Shown: positions 1 to 10,684, counted from the first letter of the stretch. The stretch: 64,000 nucleotides of DNA from Actinobacteria bacterium HGW-Actinobacteria-7 (GCA_002841275.1 PHET01000004.1:11873-75872); one strand, 5' to 3'. The notes: generated from the sequence alone by a model not told the origin. Translations and numbers: made by a program.

Positions 1-446
1 TGTATGCGGATAAGGGCCGAAACGTCATCTTCGGAGAGCACAGACAGGTACCTGCGCATATGCTCTCGCCGCTCCGCCTCGACGGCAGCGAGCTCTGCCG
101 CGCCCTCATCGGTGAGTCGGACCAGCGTCACACGCCGATCGTCGACGTCCGCCTCGCGTCTGATGTGACCGCGCTTGTCGAGCGCATCCACCATCGCGGA
201 CGCAGCGGGCGCCTTCACGCCCACGTGCATGGCAAGGTCGCTGATCTTCATGGGCCCGGCCTCGCCCAATACCCGAAGCGTGAGCATCTGTGACGCGCTG
301 AGGCCCGATTCGCTGCACATCTCGCCATGCCTCGCCGAGAACAGGCGTCCCAACGTCACGACGGTGGAATCGAGTTCGTCAGCGAGCTCGTCTCCGCGTG
401 CTACGTCGGGTGCTGACGCAGGCTTCTCATGCATAGGTTGATCCAT
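1..446 (-). CDS. MarR-family transcriptional regulator (3' end outside window)
   Basis: Manual minus-strand translation from ATG at 446: ...LSASQMLTLRVLGEAGPMKISDLAMHVGVKAPAASAMVDALDKRGHIRREADVDDRRVTLVRLTDEG, a winged-HTH with the DRR motif. Not in the ORF track because it runs off the edge. Confidence 0.9.
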   Translation of the reverse strand, partial: MDQPMHEKPASAPDVARGDELADELDSTVVTLGRLFSARHGEMCSESGLSASQMLTLRVLGEAGPMKISDLAMHVGVKAPAASAMVDALDKRGHIRREADVDDRRVTLVRLTDEGAAELAAVEAERREHMRRYLSVLSEDDVSALIRI

Positions 447-460
447 CGACGCACGAACCT

Positions 461-489
461 TTCGATTTACGAATCATTCGATTGACGAA
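461..489. promoter_or_regulatory. Tandem TTCG-N5-CGAA operator-like sites between divergent marR and kinase genes
   Basis: TTCGATTTACGAA (461-473) and TTCGATTGACGAA (477-489) directly upstream of marR. Confidence 0.55.
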
Positions 490-592
490 CTATATTCACG
501 AAGTGGCGTCAGGTCAACCGTTGAACGGCGCGATGTCGCGGTAGAATCAATGCGGCATCCGCGGGGGAGCAGACCACAGACCAGGGAGTGCG

Positions 593-2356
593 GTGGAGAA
601 CCAACTCATTCTCGAGCGATACCGGCCTCTGTCGTCGCTGGGCCACGGCGGATTCGGCACAGTGGTACTGGCTTGGGACACCCGCATGCAGCGAAGGGTC
701 GCGATCAAGCGGCTCCCGCTTCCTGTGGATTCTCGGGGCGTTCCACAACACCCCCCGGGTCTGGCCGAAGCCAGAACCGCTGCCATGTTGAATCACCCCA
801 ACATCGTCACCGTCTTCGACTTCGACACCGACGCCGATGAGGCGTTCCTCGTCATGGAGCACGTCGACGGAGCGCCCCTCTGCGACGTGCTCGACCATCT
901 CGACGGCCCGCTGACCGCCGATGAGGCCGCAGCCGTCATCGGGAGCGTCGCCGATGCGCTCGAGTTCGCGCACGACAACGGAGTGCTCCATCTCGACATC
1001 AAGCCCGACAACGTGCTCGTGACTCGCGACGGGCGCGTCAAGGTCGCTGACTTCGGTATGGCGGAACTCTCGTCACTCTCAGGTCACGGACCGGCCGAGG
1101 GAGGCACGCCGGGCTACATGCCGATCGAGCAGCTCGAAGGCGGTGCCGTCACCGAGAGAACCGACGTCTGGGCGTTCGCCGCCCTCGGGTTCGAATCGCT
1201 GACCGGTACCAACCCGTTCGCCGAGGATTCCTCGCAGTCTGCGGTAGTCCAGCTCGAAGTGCTCGCGGTCCCACGCGCGACGAGTTATCTGCCCGGCCTG
1301 GCGCCGGAGACCGACGAGGTGTTCGCCACCGCGCTCAGCCTGCGCGCACGTGATAGATACCCGGATGTCTGCACGTTCGCGGACGCTCTCCTACCATTGC
1401 TGGGCAACCCGGATGTCGGCCGTGCCTCACTTGCAGCCGTGGTCGATGAGTTCACCGACGAGGAAGCGGAATTCGAACCGAACCTGCGCGCACTGGGACT
1501 CTGGGACCGCCTGCAAGGTCGCTTGGGCGGGCTGCTGGTTCGTATGGCAGCAGGTGTGGAAGGCGGCTGGCTCGCGTGGTCGGGGCTCAGACCATTCTCA
1601 CTTGAGCCCCCCGCACTGATCGCTGCGGTTGCCCTGGTGGCCGTTGCCGGACTACTCGCCCCCTCACTAGGTGTAGGGCTGGGTCTGACGTTCCTGATCG
1701 CCGGGCTGTTCGCGGCCCACTCATGGGCCGCTGCGGTCGTCGTCCTAGTGTTCGGCTCGGCCTGGTGGTGGGTCTTCGCGCGCAGACATCCGGGGGCAGC
1801 GGTACTGCCGCTTGCCGCTCCGGTGCTCGCTGTGGCGCGGCTTTCACCGGCCCAACCTCTACTGGCCGGCTTCGCGCTTCGGCCGCTGTCCGCAGCGGTC
1901 ACAGGATTGCTGGGCGGAGTGCTTGCGATGCTCGCCTCGGCGGCTTCAGCCAACGGCGCACCGTTCCTGGGAGTCTGGGCACCTTACGCGCTCGACGTCT
2001 GGAACGTGGATCTCGCAGTGGCCGGGGTCCGAACACTCGTGAGCGCTCCTGACTCCTACGTCGCACTTGCAGCCTGGCCTCTCGCGGCCGTCATCATGTC
2101 GCTTGCCTGCAGCCGTGCGACGCGGTTGGGCGCATTTGTGGGCTCCCTGGGGGGCGCGGCGGCCTTCTGGGGCACCTACTACCTAGCCGATGAGGCCGCA
2201 AGGCTGGTGGGCACCAACGGAGGATGGACTACCGGCGAGACCGCGGTCTCTGTCGGCGTGTCACTTATACTGATGCTAGTGGTCGTGGTCCTTGGAGCGC
2301 CGCTGCGCCCCGAGGAGGACACTGTCTACGAAGAGGACGAGACACCGGAAGGCTGA
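593..2356 (+). CDS. Hanks-type Ser/Thr protein kinase with multi-pass membrane C-terminus
   Basis: GHGGFG, VAIK, HLDIKPDN, DFG motifs; about 280 aa hydrophobic C-terminal region. Confidence 0.93.
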   Translation: MENQLILERYRPLSSLGHGGFGTVVLAWDTRMQRRVAIKRLPLPVDSRGVPQHPPGLAEARTAAMLNHPNIVTVFDFDTDADEAFLVMEHVDGAPLCDVLDHLDGPLTADEAAAVIGSVADALEFAHDNGVLHLDIKPDNVLVTRDGRVKVADFGMAELSSLSGHGPAEGGTPGYMPIEQLEGGAVTERTDVWAFAALGFESLTGTNPFAEDSSQSAVVQLEVLAVPRATSYLPGLAPETDEVFATALSLRARDRYPDVCTFADALLPLLGNPDVGRASLAAVVDEFTDEEAEFEPNLRALGLWDRLQGRLGGLLVRMAAGVEGGWLAWSGLRPFSLEPPALIAAVALVAVAGLLAPSLGVGLGLTFLIAGLFAAHSWAAAVVVLVFGSAWWWVFARRHPGAAVLPLAAPVLAVARLSPAQPLLAGFALRPLSAAVTGLLGGVLAMLASAASANGAPFLGVWAPYALDVWNVDLAVAGVRTLVSAPDSYVALAAWPLAAVIMSLACSRATRLGAFVGSLGGAAAFWGTYYLADEAARLVGTNGGWTTGETAVSVGVSLILMLVVVVLGAPLRPEEDTVYEEDETPEG

Positions 2357-2366
2357 TCGATTCGCT

Positions 2367-3200
2367 GTGAGCATTCTTTCTGACTTCGAGGATCGCATGG
2401 CTCGTGCCGTCGAGGGCGTCTTCGCCGGCGTGTTCAAGGCGCCTGTCCAACCTGCCGAGCTCGCACGCGCCTGCGCCAAGGAGATGGATCGGCGCAAGAA
2501 GCTGGGGGTGGGCAAGGTCTACGCCCCAACGCTGTTCTCGGTACTGCTGTCACCCGCTGACGGTGCATCACTCGGCGGCTTCGCGGACACACTCGCTGGG
2601 GAGCTGTCGACTTACCTGATGGGCCACGCCCGCGAGCGCGACTATGTGTTGGCAACACGCCCAGTGGTGCGCTTCCTGGTCGATGACCAGCTGAAACTGG
2701 GTCGCTACGAGGTTATCGGCGAGTTGCTTTCTCCCGAGGAGATCGAGGCCGAGCTGGGGCACGGCACCGATGATGACGGGTACTTCGACCCTGAGAAGCC
2801 GGAACCACACTCGGCAGTACCGACCCCCGTCTCTCCGGTCGCGCACTCTACCGTCTTCGACGTGGAGGCCGAGGAATCGTCTCCCGCCGAGACGACCATC
2901 CTGTCCGCTCCGGTGACATCGACCATCACCATCCCCGGCGTCGCACACGATGTCGTTCTGCGTGGCGAGCGCATGGTGATGGGCCGGCTCAAGTCCTGCG
3001 ACCTGTGCCTGGGAGATGCCAACGCGTCGCGCAAGCATGCAGTGCTCGAGCGCGAGGGCACCGGGTGGGTCATGGTTGATCTGGGCTCTACCAACGGGAC
3101 TCTGGTCAACGGAGAGCGCGTCAGTCGTGTCCGGCTGCGCGACGGCGACGTGATCACTATCGGCATCTCTGAACTCATCTACCACGAACCAAGGGGCTGA
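2367..3200 (+). CDS. fhaA: FhaA (DUF3662 + FHA domain)
   Basis: VQPAELARA..KEMD N-terminal domain; GR..SRKHA..DLGSTNGT FHA motifs; GTG start at 2367 inferred. Confidence 0.9.
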   Translation: MSILSDFEDRMARAVEGVFAGVFKAPVQPAELARACAKEMDRRKKLGVGKVYAPTLFSVLLSPADGASLGGFADTLAGELSTYLMGHARERDYVLATRPVVRFLVDDQLKLGRYEVIGELLSPEEIEAELGHGTDDDGYFDPEKPEPHSAVPTPVSPVAHSTVFDVEAEESSPAETTILSAPVTSTITIPGVAHDVVLRGERMVMGRLKSCDLCLGDANASRKHAVLEREGTGWVMVDLGSTNGTLVNGERVSRVRLRDGDVITIGISELIYHEPRG

Positions 3201-3205
3201 GCCGG

Positions 3206-3622
3206 GTGATAGACGTCGCGCTGCTCGCGGGGCGGCTTCTCCTGCTTGCACTCCTCTACCTGTTCCTGTTCGCCGCCGTTCGCGCGGGCATCGGGCTCGT
3301 CTCCGGTCAGCGCACGGCGGTACCCGGCGCATTCAACCTGTCGGTCACGCAGGGCCCACCGGCACTCAAAGGTGTGGCGGTACCGGTCATCGGGCCGGTG
3401 GTGATCGGGCGCTCGCCAGGTGCCGATATCGTCATCGGCGACGACTTCGTCTCGGGCCGACACGCCCGGGTCACACCGGCCGGGAGCGAGGCCGTGCTCG
3501 AAGACCTGGGCTCCACCAACGGAACGCTCCTGAACGGCCAGCGGGTGCTGGGTTCGCAGTCGCTTCGCCCGGGAGACCTCATCGAGATAGGCGCCGTGAA
3601 GATCAAGGTGAATCGCGCATGA
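3206..3622 (+). CDS. fhaB: Membrane-anchored FHA protein FhaB/FipA
   Basis: N-terminal TM; IGR, VSGRHA, DLGSTNGT; conserved position in the pknB cluster. Confidence 0.88.
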   Translation: MIDVALLAGRLLLLALLYLFLFAAVRAGIGLVSGQRTAVPGAFNLSVTQGPPALKGVAVPVIGPVVIGRSPGADIVIGDDFVSGRHARVTPAGSEAVLEDLGSTNGTLLNGQRVLGSQSLRPGDLIEIGAVKIKVNRA

Positions 3623-4713
3623 CGCCCCGCAGCAAACAGACCTGGGCGTCACTCTCAGACATCGGTCGCGTCCGCACACATAACGAGGACTCGGTCATCG
3701 CACAACCGCCGCTGTTCGCGGTCGCGGACGGTCTGGGAGGCCACGAGGCCGGCGAGGTCGCGAGCGCGATCGCCGTCGAGACGCTGCGCGACCACGCACC
3801 CAGACGCGCGGACGCGAACGCTCTGGCTCGCGCCGTGCGTGCGGCCAACAGCGCCGTCATGCGAGCTGCTCGCGAAGGCGTCGGCCGGTCCGGCATGGGC
3901 ACGACGATGACCGCGGCACTGGTCGACGGCGGCCATATCGTGCTCGCGCACGTGGGCGACTCGCGCGCCTACCTCCTGCGAGGAGCGGTGCTCGAACCGC
4001 TCACAGACGACCACTCGATGGTTGCCGACATGATTCGCCGCGGACAGCTCAGCGAGGCCGACGCTCGCGTGCATCCCAACCGCAGCGTCATAACACGTGC
4101 TCTGGGCACGGACTCCAACATGGTCGCCGACACCTACGAGGTGCACGCCTCGGCCGGAGACCGGTTGCTTCTGTGCTCCGACGGTCTGAGCGGCATGCTG
4201 ACCGATGAGCGCATCACCGAACTGCTGGGTGCCTATCGCGACCCCTCCACCGCAGCGCACGCGCTCGTCGACGCCGCCAACGAGGCTGGTGGCCAGGACA
4301 ACGTCAGCGTCATTGTCGTTGACATCGAAGAGACCTCGGACGGCGTGCACGGCGAGCGTGAGGGCGATCGCCGGCTTCGCGGCAGCATCTCGGTCGTGCT
4401 CTGGATCCTGGCGTTTCTCGTGGTCGTCGCCGGCATCGGCTACGGCACCTACCGCTACGCCCGAAGCCGCGCCTATCTGATCGCCGAGAACGGCGTCGTA
4501 TCGGTGTACCAGGGCGTGCCGGGCGAGGTCGCCGGAGTCTCGTTGAACTGGCCTGTCCGCAAGACGACCGTTGCCGTCGACGCGCTGCCCCCCGCCGTGC
4601 AGGCTCGGCTGGCCGATGGCGAGACGGTGAGCGGGCTTCCCGAAGCGCTCCGTCTCGCCGAGTCGTATCAGCAGATGGCGATCCCTTCACCCGACACCAC
4701 GCTCACCCCCTAG
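3619..4713 (+). CDS. pstP: PP2C-type Ser/Thr phosphatase with C-terminal TM
   Basis: NEDS, ADGLGG, HVGDSRAY, CSDGL, GGQDN motifs. Confidence 0.95.
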   Translation: MTPRSKQTWASLSDIGRVRTHNEDSVIAQPPLFAVADGLGGHEAGEVASAIAVETLRDHAPRRADANALARAVRAANSAVMRAAREGVGRSGMGTTMTAALVDGGHIVLAHVGDSRAYLLRGAVLEPLTDDHSMVADMIRRGQLSEADARVHPNRSVITRALGTDSNMVADTYEVHASAGDRLLLCSDGLSGMLTDERITELLGAYRDPSTAAHALVDAANEAGGQDNVSVIVVDIEETSDGVHGEREGDRRLRGSISVVLWILAFLVVVAGIGYGTYRYARSRAYLIAENGVVSVYQGVPGEVAGVSLNWPVRKTTVAVDALPPAVQARLADGETVSGLPEALRLAESYQQMAIPSPDTTLTP

Positions 4714-4721
4714 GCGCCCGT

Positions 4722-7478
4722 ATGCGATCGCGCCGCACCACAGAACTCCTGCTCCTCCTGGCCGCAGCCCCGCCGGTGCTGCTGGTGTTCGCGCTCGTCG
4801 AGACCCAAGCATCGCGCGCGTTCTCGGCCGGAGCGCTTGCGGTGCCCGGAGCGCTGCTCGCCGCCTTCGTGATCGCGCACCTTGCGGTCCGCCGGTTCGC
4901 GGCAGGCGCCGACCCCGGCCTGATCCCGGTCGCGTTCGCCCTGTCGGGGCTGGGGCTCGCCTTCGTCACGCGGCTCGACCGCACACTGGCCGCGAGTCAA
5001 GTGACGTGGCTGTTCGTTGGCGTTGCCGCGTTGGTGGTCACACTGATCGCGGTCCCCTCGCTCGAACGACTCGCACGCTACAAGTACACGGTGATGCTCG
5101 CGGGTATCGTTCTGCTCGTGCTCCCCGCCTTCCTCGGCCGAGAGATCAACGGCGCGAAGCTGTGGATCAAGTTCGGAGGCTTCACCTTCCAGCCGGGCGA
5201 GATCGCCAAACTCGCCATCATCCTGTTCCTCGCCGCCTATCTTGCCGAGAACCGCGAGATGCTGAGCGTCTCGACGCGCAGGATGCTGGGAGTGCGGATG
5301 CCCGAGCCCCGCACCATGGGGCCGCTAGTGCTCATGTGGGCCGCATCGCTGTTCGTGCTGGTGTTCGAGCGCGACCTGGGCAGCTCGCTTCTGCTGTTCG
5401 GGATCTTCCTGGTGATGATCTACGTCGCAACCGGGCGGCCGTCCTACGTCGTCACCGGGCTGGTGCTCTTCGTCCTGGGCGCGACCGCCGCATGGCGTAT
5501 GTTCGACCACGTGCAATCGCGCGTCGCCATCTGGATCGACCCGTTCGCGGACGCATCGGGACGCGACTATCAGCTGGTGCAGTCGCTGTTCGCATTCGCA
5601 GCGGGCGGCACCATCGGTGTGGGGCCCGGACAGGGGTTGCCCACGCGAATACCATTCGTCGAGACGGACTTCATCTTCAGCGCCATCGGCGAAGAACTCG
5701 GACTGTTGGGCGCCTCGGCAATCATCCTGTGCTTCCTCGTGTTGTGTATCCGTGGTCTCGCAACGGCCGCGCGAGCCAAGACCGATATGGCCGCGTTCGT
5801 GGCCGTGGGGTTGGTCGCATCCATTGGATTGCAGACGTTCGTCATCATCGGCGGAGTGACGCGGCTGATTCCCCTCACCGGCGTCACGCTTCCCTTCATG
5901 AGCTACGGCGGGTCCTCCCTGCTCTCGACCTTCATCGCGCTGGGGCTCTTGCTCCGCGCCGGAGATGAGGGCACCGGACTGTCCACCGAGATGAAGACGA
6001 CCTCGATCGATTTGGGCGTGCTGGGTCGCCTCGCGTTGGGCCGACGGCTGACCCGGGTGGCCACGGTCCTCGGTGTGCTGCTTGCTGCCCTTGTGGTGAA
6101 CCTCACCTGGCTCCAAGTGATCGACGCGCGCGCGCTCAACAACTCTCCCGCCAACACTCGCAACCTGGCCGAGCAGGCACGAAGCGACCGCGGCTCGATC
6201 CTCACACGCGACGGCGTGGTGCTCGCACAGTCCGTGCGCGAGAGCCGCTCGTCATTCCGTCGCGAGTATCCCAAGGGCGACTTCGCTGCCCACACCGTCG
6301 GGTACTACTCGCTGCGCTACGGTCGCGCCGGCGTCGAGGCGGCCGCCAACGACGCGCTAGCTGGCAAACGCAGCTATCGGGACTTCTCGGACGTGATCGA
6401 CGCTGCTGCCGGCAGGCCGGTCGCCGGTGACGATGTCGCACTCACGATCGACTCCCGCGTCCAGAAGGCGGCCGAGAAGACCCTCTCGGGCCGCCGAGGT
6501 GCGGTGGTCGTGATCGATCCGCGGACCGGTGCGGTGCTCGCCAGCGCGTCGAATCCCGCATACCTGCCCGGCAAGGTCGATTCCAGCTGGGACGAGCTGT
6601 CCTCGGCCGCCTCGGCTCCGTTGATCGACCGAGCGCGCCAGGCGCTGTACCCGCCGGGCTCGACGTTCAAGGTGGTCACGCTCACCGGTGCCTACTCGGC
6701 TGGAATCGCGACCCCCAAGACCACCTATCCGGGTCCGGGTACGCTGCAGATCGGCAACGCTCCGGTCACCAACTTCGAAGGCGGCAGCTACGGGCGGGTC
6801 GATCTCGAGACCGCCACAGCGCGCTCGATCAACACCGTGTTCGCGCAGCTCGCCGTCGATCTGGGGTCGGACAAGCTTGTCGCGCAGGCCAAGCGATTCG
6901 GCTTCGACTCGAGCCTTGGCTACGAGCTGCCGGCTAAGACCTCGCTCATGCCGGACCCGACCCAGATGACCACGTGGGAGACCGCGTGGGCAGGCGTGGG
7001 CCAGCCGGTTGGTGAACACGACAGTCCGGCCGGACCGCAGGCGACCGTCATGCAGATGGCGCTCGTTGCTGCCGGCATAGGCAACGGCGGAGTAGTCATG
7101 CGTCCGTACGTGATCGACCGGGTCCTCGATCCGGCCGGTACCGCAAGCCTGACCGCCACCACCCGCCCGCGTCAGCTCATCCGCGCCACGGACCCCAACA
7201 CCGCAGCACTCGTTGCCGAAGCGATGCGCAAGGTCGTCTCGGCTGGAAGCGGTGCTCGCGCCCGTGTGAGCGGCGTGACCGTGGCTGGAAAGACCGGAAC
7301 GGCTGAAGTGGGCCAAGGTCAGCCCACCAATGCTTGGTTCATCGCCTTCGCACCGGCAGACCATCCCACGGTGGCGCTCGCGATACTGATCGAGGGCGGC
7401 GGAGTGGGCGGCCAGGTGGCGGCGCCAGCGGCACAACCGGTACTCGAGGCGGCGTTGAAGGCGCAGGGTAGCAAGTAG
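4722..7478 (+). CDS. rodA-pbpA: RodA/FtsW SEDS glycosyltransferase fused to a PbpA class B transpeptidase
   Basis: FQPGEIAK, DLGS, TDFIFS, IPLTGVTLPFMSYGGSS (SEDS), then PGSTFK, SIN, KTG (PBP) in one uninterrupted 918-aa ORF. Confidence 0.93.
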   Translation: MRSRRTTELLLLLAAAPPVLLVFALVETQASRAFSAGALAVPGALLAAFVIAHLAVRRFAAGADPGLIPVAFALSGLGLAFVTRLDRTLAASQVTWLFVGVAALVVTLIAVPSLERLARYKYTVMLAGIVLLVLPAFLGREINGAKLWIKFGGFTFQPGEIAKLAIILFLAAYLAENREMLSVSTRRMLGVRMPEPRTMGPLVLMWAASLFVLVFERDLGSSLLLFGIFLVMIYVATGRPSYVVTGLVLFVLGATAAWRMFDHVQSRVAIWIDPFADASGRDYQLVQSLFAFAAGGTIGVGPGQGLPTRIPFVETDFIFSAIGEELGLLGASAIILCFLVLCIRGLATAARAKTDMAAFVAVGLVASIGLQTFVIIGGVTRLIPLTGVTLPFMSYGGSSLLSTFIALGLLLRAGDEGTGLSTEMKTTSIDLGVLGRLALGRRLTRVATVLGVLLAALVVNLTWLQVIDARALNNSPANTRNLAEQARSDRGSILTRDGVVLAQSVRESRSSFRREYPKGDFAAHTVGYYSLRYGRAGVEAAANDALAGKRSYRDFSDVIDAAAGRPVAGDDVALTIDSRVQKAAEKTLSGRRGAVVVIDPRTGAVLASASNPAYLPGKVDSSWDELSSAASAPLIDRARQALYPPGSTFKVVTLTGAYSAGIATPKTTYPGPGTLQIGNAPVTNFEGGSYGRVDLETATARSINTVFAQLAVDLGSDKLVAQAKRFGFDSSLGYELPAKTSLMPDPTQMTTWETAWAGVGQPVGEHDSPAGPQATVMQMALVAAGIGNGGVVMRPYVIDRVLDPAGTASLTATTRPRQLIRATDPNTAALVAEAMRKVVSAGSGARARVSGVTVAGKTGTAEVGQGQPTNAWFIAFAPADHPTVALAILIEGGGVGGQVAAPAAQPVLEAALKAQGSK

Positions 7479-7578
7479 AAACGGCAGGTGCCCCGCGAAC
7501 GCCGCGGTTCATCGGCTAGAATGACAGGAGCGAGAGCGAGCAGTTCTCGCAGGTAGCCAGCACGGAGGCGGTCTAGCA

Positions 7579-9435
7579 GTGGAAGAAATGGTCTTCGGAC
7601 GCAGATACCGGGTGACCGAGAAGATCGGCACCGGCGGTATGGCCGAGGTCTACAAAGCGGTCGACGAGGTGTTGGGGCGTACCGTCGCGGTCAAGGTGAT
7701 GCACCCGCGCTACGCCGCCGACGCAAGCTACGCTGCGCGCTTCCGGCAGGAGGCCTCGGCCGCGGCCAACCTCCAGAGTCCCTACGTCGTCAACATCTAC
7801 GACTGGGGCCAGGAGAACGACACCTACTACATCGTCATGGAGCTCGTCCGCGGCACCGACTTGAAGTCGGTCATCCAGAACAAGGGCGCGCTCGACTCCC
7901 GCCGTGTGGCGGAGATCGGCGCTCAGGTCTGCTCGGCGCTCAGCATCGCGCACGGCTATGACGTGATCCACCGAGACGTCAAGCCGCACAATATCATGGT
8001 GACCCCGGACGGTTCGGCCAAGGTCATGGACTTCGGCATCGCGCGTGCGGGCAACTCGACCATGACGCAGACCGGCAGCGTGCTGGGCACCGCCCACTAC
8101 GTGTCGCCCGAGCAGGCGCAGGGGCGCGTACTCACGCCGGCCAGCGACCTCTACTCGCTGGGCGTGGTGCTCTTCGAGGCCGCGACAGGCAAGCTCCCCT
8201 TCGACGCCGATTCGCCCGTAGCGGTCGCGCTCAAGCAGGTCAACGAACCCGCTCCCCTGCCGCGCCAAATCAATCCCAATATCGACCCCGGACTCGAAGC
8301 CATCATCGTGACCGCGATGGCGAAGGACCCCTCGGCCCGCTACGACACAGCCGAAGAGATGCGCCGGGACCTGCTGCGCGTGGTGCAGGGCCGCGACGTG
8401 ACAACCACCCCCGCGGTCCCTGTCGAGGTTGGCGCTGCGGCGGCCGGCCCCCTGCAGCACACTGCGGTCATGCCACAGGTCTCTGGAGACTCCTACGAGG
8501 GCGCTACGCCATCTGCAGCGCGTCGGCCGCAGCCGCGTAGGCGCGCTGTCTGGCCGTGGGTACTGCTGGCCGTCCTGCTCGTGGCCGGCGGACTGGCTTT
8601 GGCCGCCTCCAACGGGCTTCTTGGCGCGCAAGGAGTGCCTGTCCCTGGGGTCGTCGGGCTGAGCCGCGCGGACGCCCAGATCGCCATCACCGAAGCCGGC
8701 TTCGTCGTAGGCGAGATCCAGGAGATCAACGACAAGACCGCGCCCACCGGGCAGGTCATCGACCAATCTCCGGTCCCCAACGCCACTGCCGAGAAAGGCT
8801 CGGCCATCGACCTGACGATCAGCATAGGGCCCAAGCAGGTCGAAGTCCCCAAGCTCGTCGGATTGACCCGAGACGAAGCGCAGCAGGCAATCACCGATCT
8901 GGGCTTCGTGCCCAGCGTCGATTACGAGTCAAGCGACAAGGTGCCGGTCGATGAGGTCATCAGTCAGCAGCCTGAGGCGGGCACACCCGTCGACGAGGGT
9001 TCGACCGTAGCGTTCGTCGTGTCTCGCGGCCCCAAGGTAGCGGAAGTCCCCGGAGTCGTTGGAATGAAGAAGTCATCCGCCGAGAAGACCCTGAAGAAGG
9101 CCGGCTTCAAGGTCTCCTCCTCCGAGCAGTACGACGAGACTGTCGCGGCTGGTCTCGTCATCTCGCAGAACCCGAACAAGGGATTCGAGGGGACCGAGGG
9201 CTCGACGGTCTCAATCGTGGTGTCGCTCGGACCCAAGCGCTCAACAGTGCCCAAAGTCATCGGCAAGACCGAGGCGGAGGCCCGACAGCTCATAGAGGAC
9301 GCTGGCCTGGTTGCTCAGGTCACCTACTTCCTCTCGGACGGCACGGGGAAGGTCGTCGAGCAGACGCCCGCCAAAGACACAAAGGTTACACCGGGGTCTT
9401 CTGTCGAGATTCTCATCGACGCGACTGCTCCGTAG
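7579..9435 (+). CDS. pknB: PASTA-domain Ser/Thr kinase (4 PASTA repeats)
   Basis: GTGGMA, HRDVKPHN, DFGIA, TM, four VP.VVG-type repeats. Confidence 0.96.
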   Translation: MEEMVFGRRYRVTEKIGTGGMAEVYKAVDEVLGRTVAVKVMHPRYAADASYAARFRQEASAAANLQSPYVVNIYDWGQENDTYYIVMELVRGTDLKSVIQNKGALDSRRVAEIGAQVCSALSIAHGYDVIHRDVKPHNIMVTPDGSAKVMDFGIARAGNSTMTQTGSVLGTAHYVSPEQAQGRVLTPASDLYSLGVVLFEAATGKLPFDADSPVAVALKQVNEPAPLPRQINPNIDPGLEAIIVTAMAKDPSARYDTAEEMRRDLLRVVQGRDVTTTPAVPVEVGAAAAGPLQHTAVMPQVSGDSYEGATPSAARRPQPRRRAVWPWVLLAVLLVAGGLALAASNGLLGAQGVPVPGVVGLSRADAQIAITEAGFVVGEIQEINDKTAPTGQVIDQSPVPNATAEKGSAIDLTISIGPKQVEVPKLVGLTRDEAQQAITDLGFVPSVDYESSDKVPVDEVISQQPEAGTPVDEGSTVAFVVSRGPKVAEVPGVVGMKKSSAEKTLKKAGFKVSSSEQYDETVAAGLVISQNPNKGFEGTEGSTVSIVVSLGPKRSTVPKVIGKTEAEARQLIEDAGLVAQVTYFLSDGTGKVVEQTPAKDTKVTPGSSVEILIDATAP

Positions 9436-9472
9436 ACAAGCACGGTACGCAAGCTCGAGGAGAAGAGGGGAC

Positions 9473-10564
9473 ATGAGTACAAACACTCGTGTACGGAGGG
9501 GTCTGGCAGCTGCTGCTGCCCTGTCACTGTTGGTCGCATTGGCAGTGCCGACAACGGCATTCGGAACCGACCGACCCGCGATCGGTCTCAAGGGGAACGT
9601 GCTGAGCGCGGCGACAGACGACACGTTTGATGACGCTACACCCATGTGGGACCTGGACGACAACGGATTGCAGACGGTCAATGACACCCTGGACGCCGGT
9701 GAGGGCGACTCGCTGGATGTTTACGCGATCTGGCTCGAGGCCGGAGAAGAGGTCAGCCTCTCGCTGGGCGCGTCGGGCAGTGGATCGTGGGGACTGCGTT
9801 TGTATGACCCGTACGGACAGCAAGTCGACCTGCAACAGGGTGATACCCGTGCCCCGGTGACCGCTACGTTGAAGTCGAAGTTCTCGTACTGGCACTTCGT
9901 CAGCGTCGAGACCAACGGCGCCGGACCGTACACCATGAGTGCGTCCATCACCCGCAAGGACTCGATCATCGAGCTCACCTCTGCTGCGCGAACGCTCAAG
10001 TACGATACCTACCCCACCATGACCGGCTACGTGATGGACCGGTTCGGAGGCACGCCTAGCGGCGACCTCTACTTCTTCTACTCGTTCGACGGACTGAGCT
10101 GGATGCCGCTCGAGTCGCAGGCATACTCCGGCGGGGAGTTCTCGTTTGATGGCTGGTACCAGTGGCGCAAGACCTACTATCTGGCCACCTTCGAGGGCAA
10201 CGACAGCTACACCACCGGCTCGCAAGGGGCCGTGTACGGCACCTACGCGAAGCTCACCAATCCCATCGCGCCCACCACTATGTACAAGCGCAAGTACAAG
10301 ACGGTATACGGCTATATCGAGCCCAAGCACACCGCTGGCTCGTATCCGGTGCGCATCTACAAGTACAAGAAGGTCAGCGGCAAGTGGAAGAGCTACGGCT
10401 ATGTGAGTGCCAAGGCGTACACAATCAATGACGGGAAGTCGAAGTACGCGCGCTCGCTGTACCTGCCAAGCACAGGCAGCTGGCGTCTGCGTGCCTACGC
10501 GCCCGCCGATTCGCAGCACGCGGCAACGTGGTCATCCGGCTACGACTACGTGACTGTCAAGTAA
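9473..10564 (+). CDS. Secreted protein with PPC-like domain and conserved basic C-terminal domain
   Basis: RBS GAGGGG then ATG 9473; signal peptide; DVYAIWLEAGEEV; C-terminal WRLRAYAPAD..HAATWSSGYDYVTVK. Confidence 0.8.
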   Translation: MSTNTRVRRGLAAAAALSLLVALAVPTTAFGTDRPAIGLKGNVLSAATDDTFDDATPMWDLDDNGLQTVNDTLDAGEGDSLDVYAIWLEAGEEVSLSLGASGSGSWGLRLYDPYGQQVDLQQGDTRAPVTATLKSKFSYWHFVSVETNGAGPYTMSASITRKDSIIELTSAARTLKYDTYPTMTGYVMDRFGGTPSGDLYFFYSFDGLSWMPLESQAYSGGEFSFDGWYQWRKTYYLATFEGNDSYTTGSQGAVYGTYAKLTNPIAPTTMYKRKYKTVYGYIEPKHTAGSYPVRIYKYKKVSGKWKSYGYVSAKAYTINDGKSKYARSLYLPSTGSWRLRAYAPADSQHAATWSSGYDYVTVK

Positions 10565-10684
10565 CGCCTGCTTCTCACTAGAACGCCTGCCATCGGCGCT
10601 GCTCTCACCTAATAGGGTGTGCGCGGTACCGGTGGCAGGCTGCATTTCGGGGGGACTTCGAGTATTCCGCAGTACCTCGAGCGG

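Noticed and set aside
5006-8766. Long alternative-frame and antisense ORFs (e.g. 5006-5968, 6357-7436, 7573-8766; also 22855-24081, 41516-42496)
   Set aside because: Shadow ORFs typical of high-GC coding DNA, overlapping well-supported genes
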